Shown: piece after piece, positions 41,101-54,269 of the stretch
Layout: each line of letters opens with the position of its first letter
Position numbering within the stretch: the first letter of the stretch is position 1
Source: Macrostomum lignano
Taxonomy: Eukaryota
Assembly (NCBI GenBank): GCA_002269645.1
Contig: NIVC01001969.1
Span: 1-64,000 of the forward strand
Direction: 5' to 3'
Length of the DNA: 64,000 bases
Program-made: the position numbers and the translations under genes
Notes under the pieces: model-generated
Told to the model about the DNA's origin: nothing
Database searches by the model: none
The model's input: the letters and a program-made list of their open reading frames with translations, nothing else

Positions 41101-41414
41101 ATTGAATAAGGCGCCAAAATTGCATTGAATAAGGCGCCAAAATTGCATTGAGTAAATCGCCAAAATTGCATTGAATAAGGCGCCAAAATTGCATTGAGCA
41201 AATCGCCAAAATTGCATTGAACAAGGCGCCAAAATTGCATTGAATAAGGCGCCAAAATTGCATTGAGCAAAGCGCCAAAATTGCATTGAATAAGGCGCCA
41301 AAATTGCATTGAGCAAATCGCCAAAATTGCATTGAACAAGGCGCCAAAATTTCATTGAATAAGGCGCTAAAATTGCATTGAATAAGGTGCCAAATTTGCA
41401 TTGAATAAGGCGCC
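38165..41414 (+). repeat. 23-bp satellite (GGCGCCAAAATTGCATTGAATAA)n, about 140 units, with a 1610-bp higher-order duplication
   Basis: Rare variant units recur at 38591/40201 and 39391/41001 (offset 1610 = 70 x 23). Confidence 0.98.
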
Positions 41415-42769
41415 CCATTGCACCCAGTGGGACGGCAGTCTTGAATTGACGTCAAGCTATTGGCACATTTTTCAGCGACAGACCGGTCACAGGACAGGAC
41501 TGGGACATGCCGGAAATCTATAATACGCAGCAATTCCATCCCTATGGCGGCCGTGCCATACAAAGTTTCTTTTAAAAAATAACTTTCCATCCCATCCCTA
41601 AGTTCTCTTCCCCTTGTACACGCACAACACAGCGGACGGAGGACTTGAGAGGAGAACTAGGGACCGCTTTCCCATGCAAGTGTATATAAAATTCCCCTAA
41701 CCAACAACCTCGATCCCAGATCCCCTGAAACTGGCCCCACCAACCCCTCCCCCCCCTTAGCAGGCCCGCTGTCATCCCTTCTCGCGATTTCTGGCCGCTC
41801 AGCTTGCGGCAAAGAAATCAAGCCAATAAGTTTTTTCGTGCGCTCGCTGTGGTCTGAAAACAGGGCTTGGCCCCCCCCCACTCTCTTCAGCGGCAGCAAA
41901 TAGCGGCACCTACGGCCCGAAGCAGCAGACAGTTCCCGCAGACGCTCGTGCCCATGCATTTAATCCGATATAGCCAGCCGGTAATAGGGCCACCCCCAAG
42001 CATCTCTGCCTGTGTCCTCCGAGCCTCAATCAGGGTGGCCTTTCCAGGGCTTTTTTTTCAGTAGCAGAGACAGGCAGAAGAAAAAGAAAGAAAAGAGGGA
42101 GGGAGCCTGTGCGCAACCTGCACAGTCGGGAATGGTGCAAGAAGAAAAAAGCAAAGAATTTCTCTCTCCCTCTCTCTCATTCACTCTATATTCTGCATAT
42201 TCCGCAATCGTTTTCAAGCGCATCAAGAAATACTTTTAGTTTTGGAGAGACACAAGAAGGCAAGTGCCGAGGGTTTGAAGAGGAAAGACTTGCTTTGCCT
42301 GCAGTCGGACTGCGCCTTTAACTCCGAGGTTCACATGCGCAGAAGCAGACAGAGTTGGCCCTCTTTTCTCTCACTCTGCTAATGCAAAGCATGAGAAAGC
42401 ATTGGCAGGGCAGATCTCACAGGGTCAAGAGGAGCCAGCTTAGTGTAAAGTTTATACACAGTTGGAATTGAAAACTGCAGTGGCTGCAGGATAAACTGAA
42501 CTTCGGCTGTCAAATTAAAATTGTCGCTTTGCACTTGAAGCCGTACAGATTTTGCTGGATTGAAGATTAAAACAAATACGCTCGTAGGTCATTTATTTGA
42601 CAATAAACCTTTGGACAATCTTTTTGCTCGTGTCGGTTTTAGTAGATTTTGAAGGCTTATTAGGAAACATTCTTAACACAATGATAAACTCACTTTAAAT
42701 AGCAATTTGTACTGTTTATAAGGCATTCCAGGAGCCAGTTTAGGTGTCAAGGCGTGCAGTTCATCGACA

Positions 42770-43126
42770 GTTCAGGAGTGACTCTCAAGCCAGTTCAGGA
42801 GTGATTCTCTCAAGCCAGTTCAGGAGTGACTCTCTCAAGCCAGTTCAGGAGTGACTCTCAAGCCAGTTCAGGAGTGACTCTCAAGCCAGTTCAGGAGTGA
42901 GTCTCAAGCCAGTTCAGGAGTGACTCTCAAGCCAGTTCAGGAGTGACTCTCAAGCCAGTTCAGGAGTGACTCTCAAGCCAGTTCAGGAGTGACTCTCAAT
43001 GCAGTTCAGGAGTGACCCTCAAGCCAGTTCAGGAGTGACTCTCAAGCCAGTTTAGGAGTGACTCTCAAGCCAGTTCAGGAGTGACTCTCAAGCCAGTTCA
43101 GGAGTGAATCTCTCAAGCCAGTTCAG
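42770..43126 (+). repeat. 23-bp minisatellite (CAGTTCAGGAGTGACTCTCAAGC)n
   Basis: About 15 units, with 25-bp variants. Confidence 0.96.
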
Positions 43127-44348
43127 TAGCGAGTCTTCTAGGCAATATTGAAAATAAAAAAGTCACAACCAGAAGCCAAATTGAGATTTAAAATTTGTTA
43201 TAAAAAGTTATTGCCACACCAGAAGACATGGCAGACATGCTTGCTAAAGTTTGTGTCTGTGTGTGAGTCCCAAACGGTCTCAAGTGTGCCATAATAGACA
43301 ATTATACATATATTTATATAATTTTTATTGAATAGAAAAAATACTGCAAAAGTGCAGCCGCTAATTAATTGAGACAGAAATTGCAGCTCACAAAAAGTGT
43401 TTTTTTGAGTGGGAAAAGTCTCGAGCTCAAGTTGAATTACCCGGCAACAGACCGAGAGAATGAGAGAGAAAAAAAGCGCAGATTACAATTACGTAATAAA
43501 AATATATTTATATAATCAAAGTTTTAGTGATAATCGCTCAATGTTTCTTGTACCTTTGTGCATCGAAGCAAACACAAATCAATCAGGTAAAATTATCGAT
43601 TAAACAAATTATGTACATTGCTATACTTATACACACGCGAGAGTAATATTAAATAATAATTTAATATTCGATTTGTTGATCAAAAAAGCAGCGGCAGGGG
43701 CAATAGACAGTCAGGCAACGCTAAATATACAGAAAATTTGAAAAGAGTTAAGCAACACTATAAAAGCAGGGATAGATAGAAGCGATGATGGGGGAGGGGG
43801 CAAAGTTAGCGTCAGTTGGGCAGACTTTATAGCTTAGCTGGCATAATACTAATAACATTTAATCATGTTACAATACTGTATAAAATCTGCACTCGAAATA
43901 TTTTTTGACGGTGAATTGAAAAGCCGCACAGGGCCCAGAGCAGCTGTGCAGGAAAAAAAGGACAAAAATTGAGAGCAAATTAACAAATAGAAGATCAGCA
44001 TGATACAAAGCAGAAAATATATGCTATAAAGAGTAATAATTATAAATATAATAATTATAGAATTCTGCAAACATAGGTAATCTTTTTTATCAGTTGCAAA
44101 AAGACAACAAAAAAGACAACAGATTATTATAAACGAGAACAAACAAGAGATAAAAAACAACAGCAAAAGTTGCAGCTATTTAAGATAAACCTACTTAGCA
44201 TTCTTGCGGAAGCGGCACTATAAATGAACGTGATTTCGGGTTCTGACTTGTGTTTAATTCAACAATTGAGTTATAATAGCAACAGACTATATTAGGAATA
44301 CTCAGGGATCCGCCCCCCAGCTGAGAGAAATCAACTCCAAGTCCCATG

Positions 44349-45914
44349 TCAGATGATGCCACCCAATAGGCTGTCACCTCCAGTTGATGCTTCGTCCAGC
44401 AGTGACAGCAGATCGCCGAAATTCCCATCGCCACCGCCTAATGGCTCCAACGCCAAGTCGTCCAAGTCTGTTTTAATACTAGCAGGATCTGTGGTTGAGC
44501 AACTGCTAGCGTTGGTTGAATTCGTAGGCGGGTAACTGCTGCTGTATTGCTGCTGCTGCTGCTGTTGCGACTGCTGCTGAGATTGAGAAGCCACTGCAGC
44601 AGGCACCTGTTGCTGCTGTTGATAAGTCCAAGGCGGCTGAGACAGCGGCGCCTGTCCATAAGGCGGATAAACGGCGGCAGGCCTCACGGAGGCGCCAGCA
44701 TAAGAAGTCGGATAAGACGGCATCACAGAAGCCGAGCTCATGACTGGCTTCTGCTGTTGCTGACGCTGAGTTCCGCTGGCGGCACAAGCAGGCGATGCAG
44801 CTCGACCGTCTGCTTGCTGCAGTTGCTGCTGCTGGTGGTGCTGATGCGGCAGCACCGGGACTCTCCATCTGCAGTCACGATCGAGCAGTACTCGGTCAAC
44901 CATGCTGGAGCGAGTCTCCTCAAGCAAGCCAAAGATAAATTCGTCAATCTCTAAGCCGGATAATTGAGCAGATTTCTGACACACGGGGCATCGCCAGGTG
45001 TTAAAGTTGGCGTTTCTCTCTAGGTAGGTGCGCAAGTCGAAGCACTGGGCGTGATGACAATCGGAGCCTCTGGCTGGCAAATCGATGCGGTGATTGCTGA
45101 TTGGACAGCGCAAAGACAGCGCGCACTGATGCAGCTGCTGCTGCTGATGCAGGTGTTTCAGCTTCTCTACGCAACTCTCTAGCGCGAGCCGACGCCTACG
45201 CCAGAGGCCCTGAACTACGGAGGCCACGGTGGGCCGGTGCACCAACTGCAAGAGAAACAGGTGGCTGCAACAGCAAGCTGACAGGCCTAATTGCAGACAA
45301 TTGGCCTGACCAGTGCCAGGCTGTAGCAGCAGCTGCTTCAAGTGAACAGGACGGCACTGGTGAGTGATTGGCACAGGGCTGCCATTGACAGACACAGTCA
45401 GGCCAGCTGGCCAGTTGCACAATGCCGCAGGATCGTTGGCTAAGCAGGCAAGAAATTGCAGTTCAAGATCGGCCCGACTCATCAGGGTCTTGTACACTTC
45501 CGGCTTCAATTCGAATTGATGACGAGACATGGCTAAGCCGTGGTCCACGTGGAATGGACCCAGCAGGGTGCCAGATGGGACGCAGAAGTTCAGCCTGGAT
45601 GAGTGGCTATCCTCAGAGTCTTGGAGGCCTTGGAGCTGCTGCTGCTGATGATGAGGCTGCTGCTGATAAGGATGAGGCGGCGGCAGTGGAGGCTGAGGAT
45701 AAGGTTGATAGTGCGGGGGATAGGCCGGGTTGGGCCCACCATATCTAGATGCTGGCAGACTGTAGGGAGCAGGCCTGTGCTGCATCTGATGCTGTTGCTG
45801 CTGCAAATGATGCTGAGTGATTTTGCCGCCGCCGCTGCCACCACCGCCGCCCGAGTAAGAAGGGTTTGGATGCGACCAACCCTCCTTACCAAGAGCGCAC
45901 ATTGAGGGTTGCAT
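44349..45914 (-). CDS. ZMIZ1: Zinc finger MIZ (SP-RING) domain protein, ZMIZ1/ZMIZ2/tonalli family; single ORF of 521 aa
   Basis: ZMIZ core FELKPEVYKTLMSRADLELQF..NWPAGLTVSVNG..SACCCSHLFLLQLVHRPTVASVVQGL; SP-RING CPISNHRIDLPARGSDCHHAQCFDLRTYL..WRCPVC; C-terminal DLLSL motif as in ZMIZ1. The start codon and any upstream exons are uncertain. Confidence 0.93.
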   Translation of the reverse strand: MQPSMCALGKEGWSHPNPSYSGGGGGSGGGKITQHHLQQQQHQMQHRPAPYSLPASRYGGPNPAYPPHYQPYPQPPLPPPHPYQQQPHHQQQQLQGLQDSEDSHSSRLNFCVPSGTLLGPFHVDHGLAMSRHQFELKPEVYKTLMSRADLELQFLACLANDPAALCNWPAGLTVSVNGSPVPITHQCRPVHLKQLLLQPGTGQANCLQLGLSACCCSHLFLLQLVHRPTVASVVQGLWRRRRLALESCVEKLKHLHQQQQLHQCALSLRCPISNHRIDLPARGSDCHHAQCFDLRTYLERNANFNTWRCPVCQKSAQLSGLEIDEFIFGLLEETRSSMVDRVLLDRDCRWRVPVLPHQHHQQQQLQQADGRAASPACAASGTQRQQQQKPVMSSASVMPSYPTSYAGASVRPAAVYPPYGQAPLSQPPWTYQQQQQVPAAVASQSQQQSQQQQQQQYSSSYPPTNSTNASSCSTTDPASIKTDLDDLALEPLGGGDGNFGDLLSLLDEASTGGDSLLGGII

Positions 45915-48900
45915 GCATTGTAATAATAAGACCCATTGTATATACTTGGATTAATTATGTTTTAGACTATCTATTTTCACAATATAATGGGGCTTAATGC
46001 CTTTGAATACTGTCTTTTTTGCATGAATTCTTTTGACCTATATCCTGAATCTGCTATATTATATATTGATTTCAACTATCAATATAAATAAAAAATGAAT
46101 CAATGGTAGCCTAAAAAAGTGAAAAAAGGATTGTATATCAAAATGATCTCTAGCAGCACTTTTACACTCATATGCATATGATATAATATATTTTACATAT
46201 GTAAAAAACAATGCTTTATAATTTTTTTGAACTATTTTTTTGAACTATCTTGTTTGTTTATTTTTTAATCAGTAATACGTTTTGCTTCAGTTTCTACCAT
46301 TACTATATTTCCTTATAATCTTTGGTGATTGGTTGATCAATTTTGCAATATATTTGCCTTGGCTGCCTTGTTGCCTAGGAAGACTAGCTAGGTAGGCTAT
46401 GTATTAGTAAACACAGAAACAATAAACTATTAATATTTAAAAGCATAATAAGAACATAATCCTATTCCTTGAAATCATAGGAAAAACTAGGATTTCAATA
46501 TTGTCTAACTATAAATTTTTTTTATCATATTTAACTTTTATATATGCTTATATTATAAACATAATTTAATCTTATTCAATCTTATCTATTTAGACTTAAG
46601 CTGCAATAGAGATAATATTGGATATCATGAAAGTCATAAAAGGATAGTACCATATAATTTAGTATATTGTGATTTATCCCAAGAATAAAAGTAGAACCAA
46701 TTAAAATACCTGCTTTTTATATATTATTGAGATATATGAAATTATTTGAAATTAAAAAGCTATATCTGTTTATTAGTTCAAAAGATACTGAAATACATGT
46801 AACAAATATTAGAATATATAGATTTGCACTATTAAAATAAAAAATACTAATGACAATAGTTGTAGATTGACAACATAAAAACAAAGAGCTTTTACAATTG
46901 GTATCACAAAAGTTCCTAGAATGTTTGATCTGGCTTCTTGGTCCCTTTGACTACTTTTGATGTATTAGTATCAAATTAAAGATATTTTTTAACTAAGAAG
47001 CTTGTAATTTGATTTTTTTCTATTTGGTTCTGGCTATGAGTTATATACTAAATTTGAAAGAATGAAGTTGTAATAATGGAGATACACTAGCAAATTCAAA
47101 GGAAAGAAGGAAATGTCTATCACAATATACTAAGTCTCTAAGGTTTGTCTGCCAATTAACTACGGCAAAACTATTAGACTTTAAAGCCTATTATATTAAA
47201 CTTTGGCAAAAGTGAGCAAATTTTGGTAACATGGTTATCCAAAAGGCAAACTACAATAAAAAACAAGAAAAGCAAGAAAAAACATAAAACCATCATTGTT
47301 ACTGCTTTAGAGATTGTGATCAATATTGTTATACACATTTTTTTGTGCATAGTATGCATATCTTCTTAAATCTTGAAATTGTACCCTAAAATTCAAAAAG
47401 TAGATGCAGTTTAGGTGCAGTCTCATAAGCTTTTTTTTCTTTGAAGCTTCATTTGCACTATAGTCATGCTTGGTGCATATACCTGAACAAAAATTGAATA
47501 ATTATAAATGCATACTTAAAAATTTAGTATATGCTCACATTATAAAATCTATGTTAATATTGCAACAATAAATGATTTTTTGCCTTGCAACAATACCTTT
47601 TTAATATTATATAAAAATATTTTTTGGTAGATAATTTGGTTGCTTTTTTATCTTTCTTGCCTATACTATTTTTTGTAGATAATAGATATGCATTAAAATG
47701 TTTAAATGCTATATTATGAGCTTAAAAACAAAAAAAACTTGAAATTTACACCTAAAAATGAACTTTTGGAAATGATTTTTTTCATTTACAAGTAACATTA
47801 ACTCTTTTACATGATTCTATCAAGAGCATATTAGGTGTGCATGCATACTATTTTTTTAGGAATCTTGCATGCCAACTGTGTATACCAACTTTTGGCATGT
47901 AAGGCCAATGCATGCCCAACTTTTTGGGCATTTATTATATGATCCAGAGTGTGGCATTTGCACTACCAAATAAGAAAAAAGAGAAATTGCAATTTAAGCC
48001 TTAAAATTGCACCTTGAAATTAGGCATAGAGTGCAAGTTTCTATATTGTATTGGGCAGAAAATAACTTAAGTTATATAAACATTTAAAGGCATATCTATA
48101 ATTGCAATAATAGGCTTAGGTTGGGTTGATCTTGATCCTATGGCTAGGCCTAGGCCTATAACCTACTAATATGGACATGGAGCTTCTAAGATTTTCTTAT
48201 TTAAGGCTAATCAAATAGAGGCACTTATAATTAATAATTATATTAGAATTAAAAACTAGGCTTAAAAAGCAGAAAATTTTTTGTTAGGGTCTATTGTTTT
48301 TTGGGTGTATGAGTAAGACTGCCACACACCAATACTGCCATAGCTATTACTGGCTACTGTGTATTGGTCATGAATGGGAAACTACCAATCTTCTATCAAA
48401 CATTGCTATTCCTCTTATAGGTTCCTCTCTTGCAGCCTTGTCTTACTGACTCTCCTATCTACTCATCTCTTCTTTAGCACCATTTAATAACACATTGAGC
48501 CAAATCCTTCCCCTAGCTCCTCAAGTGTGGCAGCCTTTGTATGTGATGGTCTTGGTCCAACACCATTTTTTGCTATGAAAAATTAGGCCTACCTACTACG
48601 ATTTGATATTCATTATTTAATTTATTTAAATTTTAAGACTAAATATGTATACTTATTACTTAGCATATTCAAATTTCAAATACTAGAATCTAAATAATTG
48701 GAGTAAATACATAGAAAATCGACTTAGACAGGGCTTACTTATGTTATATCTATTCTATCTATTATCAATCAATACCATCATCAATGATATTGAACATAAA
48801 AGCCAGAGCTTCGGTTTGGTACTACTAGAACATGAATAATTTCATAAAAATGTTGTTCAAAAGTCTGAATTAATTTATGAAACAAAATGGTGACACCATG

Positions 48901-51900
48901 CACACACACGCACTTGAGTCCTGCCAGAATCGGGTAGGCTTATCTGGTGTATCCTGCCATAGCGGCTAGGCCTATACCCTATACATTACGTACCCTTTGT
49001 CGTCGTTAAAATTACCGAAACTGTTATGTTTAAAAAATCTAACAGCAATTTAAACAAATTATAATTTTTAAGTTGCCGAAACTGTAAGATTTTTTTTATA
49101 TTTTACCGTTTTTGTTCTAACAAATAACAAAAAAGCAATATTAATGTTAAGTTTTGTCACCTAAAATAGGTATTGTATTTAAGCAATACATTTTCATAGA
49201 ACTACTCACAAACCGGTTTAAACAAGAAATCCTCGTTAGAAATAACTTTTTTCGTCAGCATTGGCTAACTATATTGTTAGGCACCCGGCCTGTTATAGCC
49301 TACGCGTGCCTGTGTACAGTGTGTACCCATTTATATGATTTTTACACTAAAAGCGTTTTTTTATTTACTTAATTACTCATTTAATAGTTGCCTTTCCTCC
49401 AGCTGCAGGCTCCAGTAGACTTAGTGCAGTATATTCACATAATTCACTGTATACATCGTAAACAAGCATGATATTGATAAGAAAAAAGTATTTAAAAACA
49501 GACATAAATTGTATTTTTAATTCCTTATGATTTCTTTGTTTAGAATATTCAGAATTTTTAATTCTAGTAAACTGCCATCATCCTAAAACATAATCTTAAA
49601 GATAAAAAATAGGCTAGAATAGATACATTAGCAAAGAAAAACCTATAGGGTTTCTAGATTTCCTTACATGATATGAGAGGAAAACTGGGTCTAGTCTACT
49701 TGCAGTGGGGAACCAATCAAAAAGGTGATAGTTTAAAGGGCAATAGTCAAAAGGGTAACAATCATAACAATTACAAGTCCACGGCACATGTATTAGAATG
49801 TCTAAATGTATATTTGTTAAAATGAATTTTGTTAAAAATGTACAACACAAGTAGTTAAAATGTATATCTTAGATTTTTATAATTGGATGTATTGGCATAC
49901 ATATGGCATTCCATAACTATATACATATATACTAATCCACCAAGGACTAGGCTGTAGGCCCTACTCAGGTATCAATATTGAAACACAGGAAACTCCATTT
50001 CTTAGAAAATTTTATAAAGCAGTTTCCAAAAAATGTATAGTGGACATAGCATGTTTTCATTTTTAGCATAGAAAGTTATTATTTAATTGCTTTTAGTCTA
50101 GACTCAATAAGTCAATGTTCATCCCATAGTCAGCCTTAGGAAGATGGCATTTTACTTGGAAAATTCCGGCGTACACAAGGAAATTTTGGGCCAATTTTGG
50201 CATACATGGCGTACCACGGTTTAGAGAAAGTACCCCATGGCATGCAATGGCGTGCCACTACACACAATTGTACACTGCACCAACATGGGCATAGCGCCCT
50301 GCCTACCTACAATATCTTAAATCCTGATGTGTAAAATTTATTTTAAAAAAACTGTTTTTTAAAACTGAAAAGGAAAGAAAAATGTTTTTTCTGATGCTAA
50401 TTTTCTTTTGTTAAAGTCATTGAAATTTCAACATAAATGAAAACTTTGTTAAAGTTTGACTTTTATAGAGATGTTCCAAAATTTTAATTTCAATTTCAAT
50501 TTTCCAAAATTTTGATTTTTTTTAAAGCAAATTTCAATTTCAAAAAATGAGTAGTAAATCAAAAGTTGAAAAGTGAGTATTCGTTGTACTAAACTTTGTT
50601 TTTTCTGAATTTTGATTTTGGAAAATTTTGATTTCAAATTTGATTTTGGATAATAGCAAATTTCAATTTCAATTTCTAATCCTTCACATGCATTGCTACC
50701 TCCCCCTCCCCTCCCCATTGGCAGCATACTACTGGGCATACATGCACAACCTCCAAAATCCAGTAACAGTTGGCCATGCGACTTAGTTTTAACAAACAAT
50801 GTGATGTAGTTTTTGGCAAAAAAATCAACTTACATGTAAAAAAACCTGAAGCAAAATTAACGCAACTTTGGGTAAATGGCAGGAGTAACTATGACTGTCT
50901 TATTAGGTCAAAATGCCTCATCAGCTACTTAGTACTACTACTTTGGTATTTTTGGGTGGGCATTTTTGCAACTTCCTTGATTGGCTGCCAAATTGGTTGG
51001 CCGGATTGGCTGACTTGGCCGACTGTTGTGCATGTATGCCACTAGGTTCTGATCTTGGCATACATGGCATACCACTTTTTTATTCCAGAATAAAAAATGT
51101 GCCATGAACCTGACTATGGTGTTCATCTCTTGATAGGTTCTACATTTCTTATAGTTATAGGTCTATTTATATTCATAAAGCTTTTCAGTAGGTAGTAAGG
51201 AATCATAAAATAGATTGCAAATTCATACTACTATTACTTGTAAATTTTAAAAGTTAACAAATATGCATCTATAATATATATAAGTCTAAACCTAGTTTTA
51301 ACTAAGCTGGCTAGGCCCTATTCATTTATTTTAATAAATATATTTTAAGAACATTGAACTCTAATGTGAACTTGTAATTGTAATAAATACATTATGATTA
51401 TTGTCCTTTTGACTGCTGCTCTTTTGATTATTACCTTTTTGATCTATTGCCCATTTGACCTATAGGCTATAGCCCTTTCAGTGCAGCTAGGAAAAAAGAG
51501 ACCTGAAAGTTTAATAGGGTCTAGTTTTTCATTAAATAAAATAGGGAATACAAAATTTCAAGTTTTGTCAATCCTAGTATTCTTGGGATTGGGATATCTT
51601 GGACTTTGCAAATCCTAAAGGCTAAGATCTTGGCAAATTAGGTCAGCATCCCAGGATTAAAAAAATTTCTTACAATTGTTGGTGCAATTTTGATTTACAA
51701 GGCCAACTAATCTGATTCTAAAGGGCTTTAATAATAAAATACATGTAATAATAGATTAGAGTAAAATATTTTGCAAACAAAAAACTGACTGTGAGCTTTA
51801 GATTAGAATGTGGTACATAGGCTCGTGTAATAGACATACTTTTTTACATGCCAGTATCATTATTAGCTCAGAAAAATCCCAATTCATTGTGATATAACCT

Positions 51901-53213
51901 AGGCCCTAGGGGATAATAGCTTACAAAGCTATGGCCCAAGAAATCAATACCAGGATAGAAGGGGATCAGATTCAGACCTTGCCCTCAAATAGAAAATTGA
52001 TAGCTATGGTTGTAGTCTGATAGCAAGGTCCCACTGTTCTAATCCCAATTGTATATATATCCAATGAGTTTTAAAGATAGATACTCATGTTTAAAATAAT
52101 TCTATCATTACCCCTATGCTGCATGCTAGGGCAACTGGGCATCTAAAGGGTGTTCGAACAGTGCTAAGAATGAGATCTTTTGCATATAGGGGCTTTTGAT
52201 CTATGTAAGGTTGAGACCTTTTGATTTTAGCATTGCCGATAGCAGATGCACAGCCAATGGCACATGCACAGCCGATGGCAGAAGTGTGTGCAGCGCAGTG
52301 GTGACTATGTGGAGAAGCCTCAGGACAATGTTGATAATTAACTTTTGACTGTTCTTTCATCAACTTTAATGTTGCCTGGGTTTTTTTTCGTCCATAACTT
52401 GGGCACAATTTTGCACCCTGTGCTAGATTTCAAGGTGCAATTTTCAAGACCAGGATGCGCTACACTGCTACAGACAAAAACTGGTCTAATACTAATGTGT
52501 TTCAAAGTTTCTGTCCATCCAAACCATCCAATGATGATCCAAATTCCAAATGCTTAACTTAATTGTTTGATCTCCTTATAATTCTCCCCTTAGCCTTAGC
52601 TCAGCAGCTCAGCTCACTTAGCTGTCAGCTCAATAGCAATTAGAAACGCAGCATTGCACTAATCTGGTCTGGTGTCTTGTGACCTTACCTTCATCTTGTC
52701 CAGGTCTAGTTGACTGGCTAATTCTAAGAATACAAAGTTACAGACTTAAGACATCCATAACATTAAATTGTAAAATCTGCATCACATCCTTGCAAAAAAT
52801 TCTGGTGTGCTTTTCACACCTTGAGTCAAATTTCAGGGTGCAATTTTTAAGACTAGGATGCTATTCACACCCATTCGCACAAAAAAACCCAGCATGTTGC
52901 AGATGTTTTATTGATTCATTTAAATGTTTCATTGTTTTGTACATCAGGTACAAAGCTTTCGTCTATGGCAATTTGTAGAAGTAGCACAGGGGTTGGGGCA
53001 GAAAAGTGCTCATATTTCAAGAATGCCAGCAGATACAGAAATAAATAGAAAGTCATTTTAATGGGCAGATAATTCTTTTATTAGCTGCAACAAAAATATT
53101 TCTGATTGGTCAGAAAAGGCTGTAGTAAAGAAAGTGCACCAACTTTTGGGACACCCTTGTATTTTGTTAAACTAGCATATTTCTATAATTTTGAAAAATA
53201 TGTTTTTCAGTTG

Positions 53214-54221
53214 TGAGGTAGGGGTGGATTAGATTTCTTGGTTATGGGTGGGATTGTCCGGTGTTTGCTTGATTTAATGTCGAGTATAAGTGGCTCAGGC
53301 CTTTGAATCGGCGCTATTGTTAATTTGCACAGATTAAATCCAGAAAATTTGTGTGAACAAATCTCAATTGAAATGTCTCGTAGATACTCCGACTGCTGGG
53401 GTCCTTAATCCCAGGGGGAGGGTAGTTTAGTCGTAGCAGAGCAGTCTTCGTTGGCACAAGTGTTCAGAATGTGGCCTCAGACCAAAAGCTTAACATATCT
53501 CATATGCTTGACCTGTTACTAACAGTAGAGTAGTGCTGCCACCACCATAATTTGCATATTACGGAATGTTGAAGTCTCAGAGCTTGCTTCAAGATGAGAC
53601 TGGGTTATTTCAGTTGAGACTGGGCTTCAGATTATTTAACAAAATTAGTGGCAGATTAACTGTTTTATTAGAGCTTATGAGCAGTAAGATAATAATTTGC
53701 TCAGTCAGCAGAATAGATTGGTGATCATGCGAAATTAGCTAAGAGTATTAAAATAATAGATGTTGACCAAGCCTACTCTGGCAGATTGATTTGGCTGGGG
53801 CTGCAGTGCACTACAATATAGCTAAATGAACTAAGGAAATAAACACTTGTTGTAATAAATTAGGCGGAATTAAATATTAATAGTTAAATTGAATGGGGTC
53901 AAACACTCGGGGGCAAAAGGTGGTCACGGGGACCAAGCAAAGAACAGAAACCTTAACACGGAAAACATAGGGAGTCAAACAAAGTTACCAAAAAAGGGAC
54001 GCAAAAGGCCAGAGAAAGGTGTGGGAAAACCATCATAAGAATGGGGAAAAATGATGAAATATACCAACAACTGGGGACACAAGGTAGACTCACAGGGCCA
54101 AAAACTGGGGACAGCAGAGAATGGTCACAGGGTTGTTTAATAAGCATCAAAAAATAATTTTAAATTTCAAAATTTAGAGAAAATGTTTAATTAACTGTTA
54201 GTGGCAGCCCCAACTGCCATA
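53214..54221 (-). repeat. Putative 3' LTR (~1 kb)
   Basis: The right boundary is fixed by homology to 56735-56835; the left boundary is inferred from the TG terminus and the TSD. Confidence 0.65.
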
Positions 54222-54269
54222 GTCTCGGGGGAGCCGCACCTTTTTCAAAAGCTTCGGACCTCCCGGTCC

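Noticed and set aside
37949-41590. Very long ORFs (746, 800, 668, 462 and 412 aa) on the minus strand
   Set aside because: They are translations of the 23-bp satellite, which lacks stop codons on that strand; they are open in all frames and have no unique domain.
44353-45905. Plus-strand ORFs over ZMIZ
   Set aside because: Antisense shadows of the real CDS.
48330-48590. Tc1/IS630-like HTH fragment (ATLEELGEGFG) on the minus strand
   Set aside because: Too short, with many stops; indistinguishable from chance.
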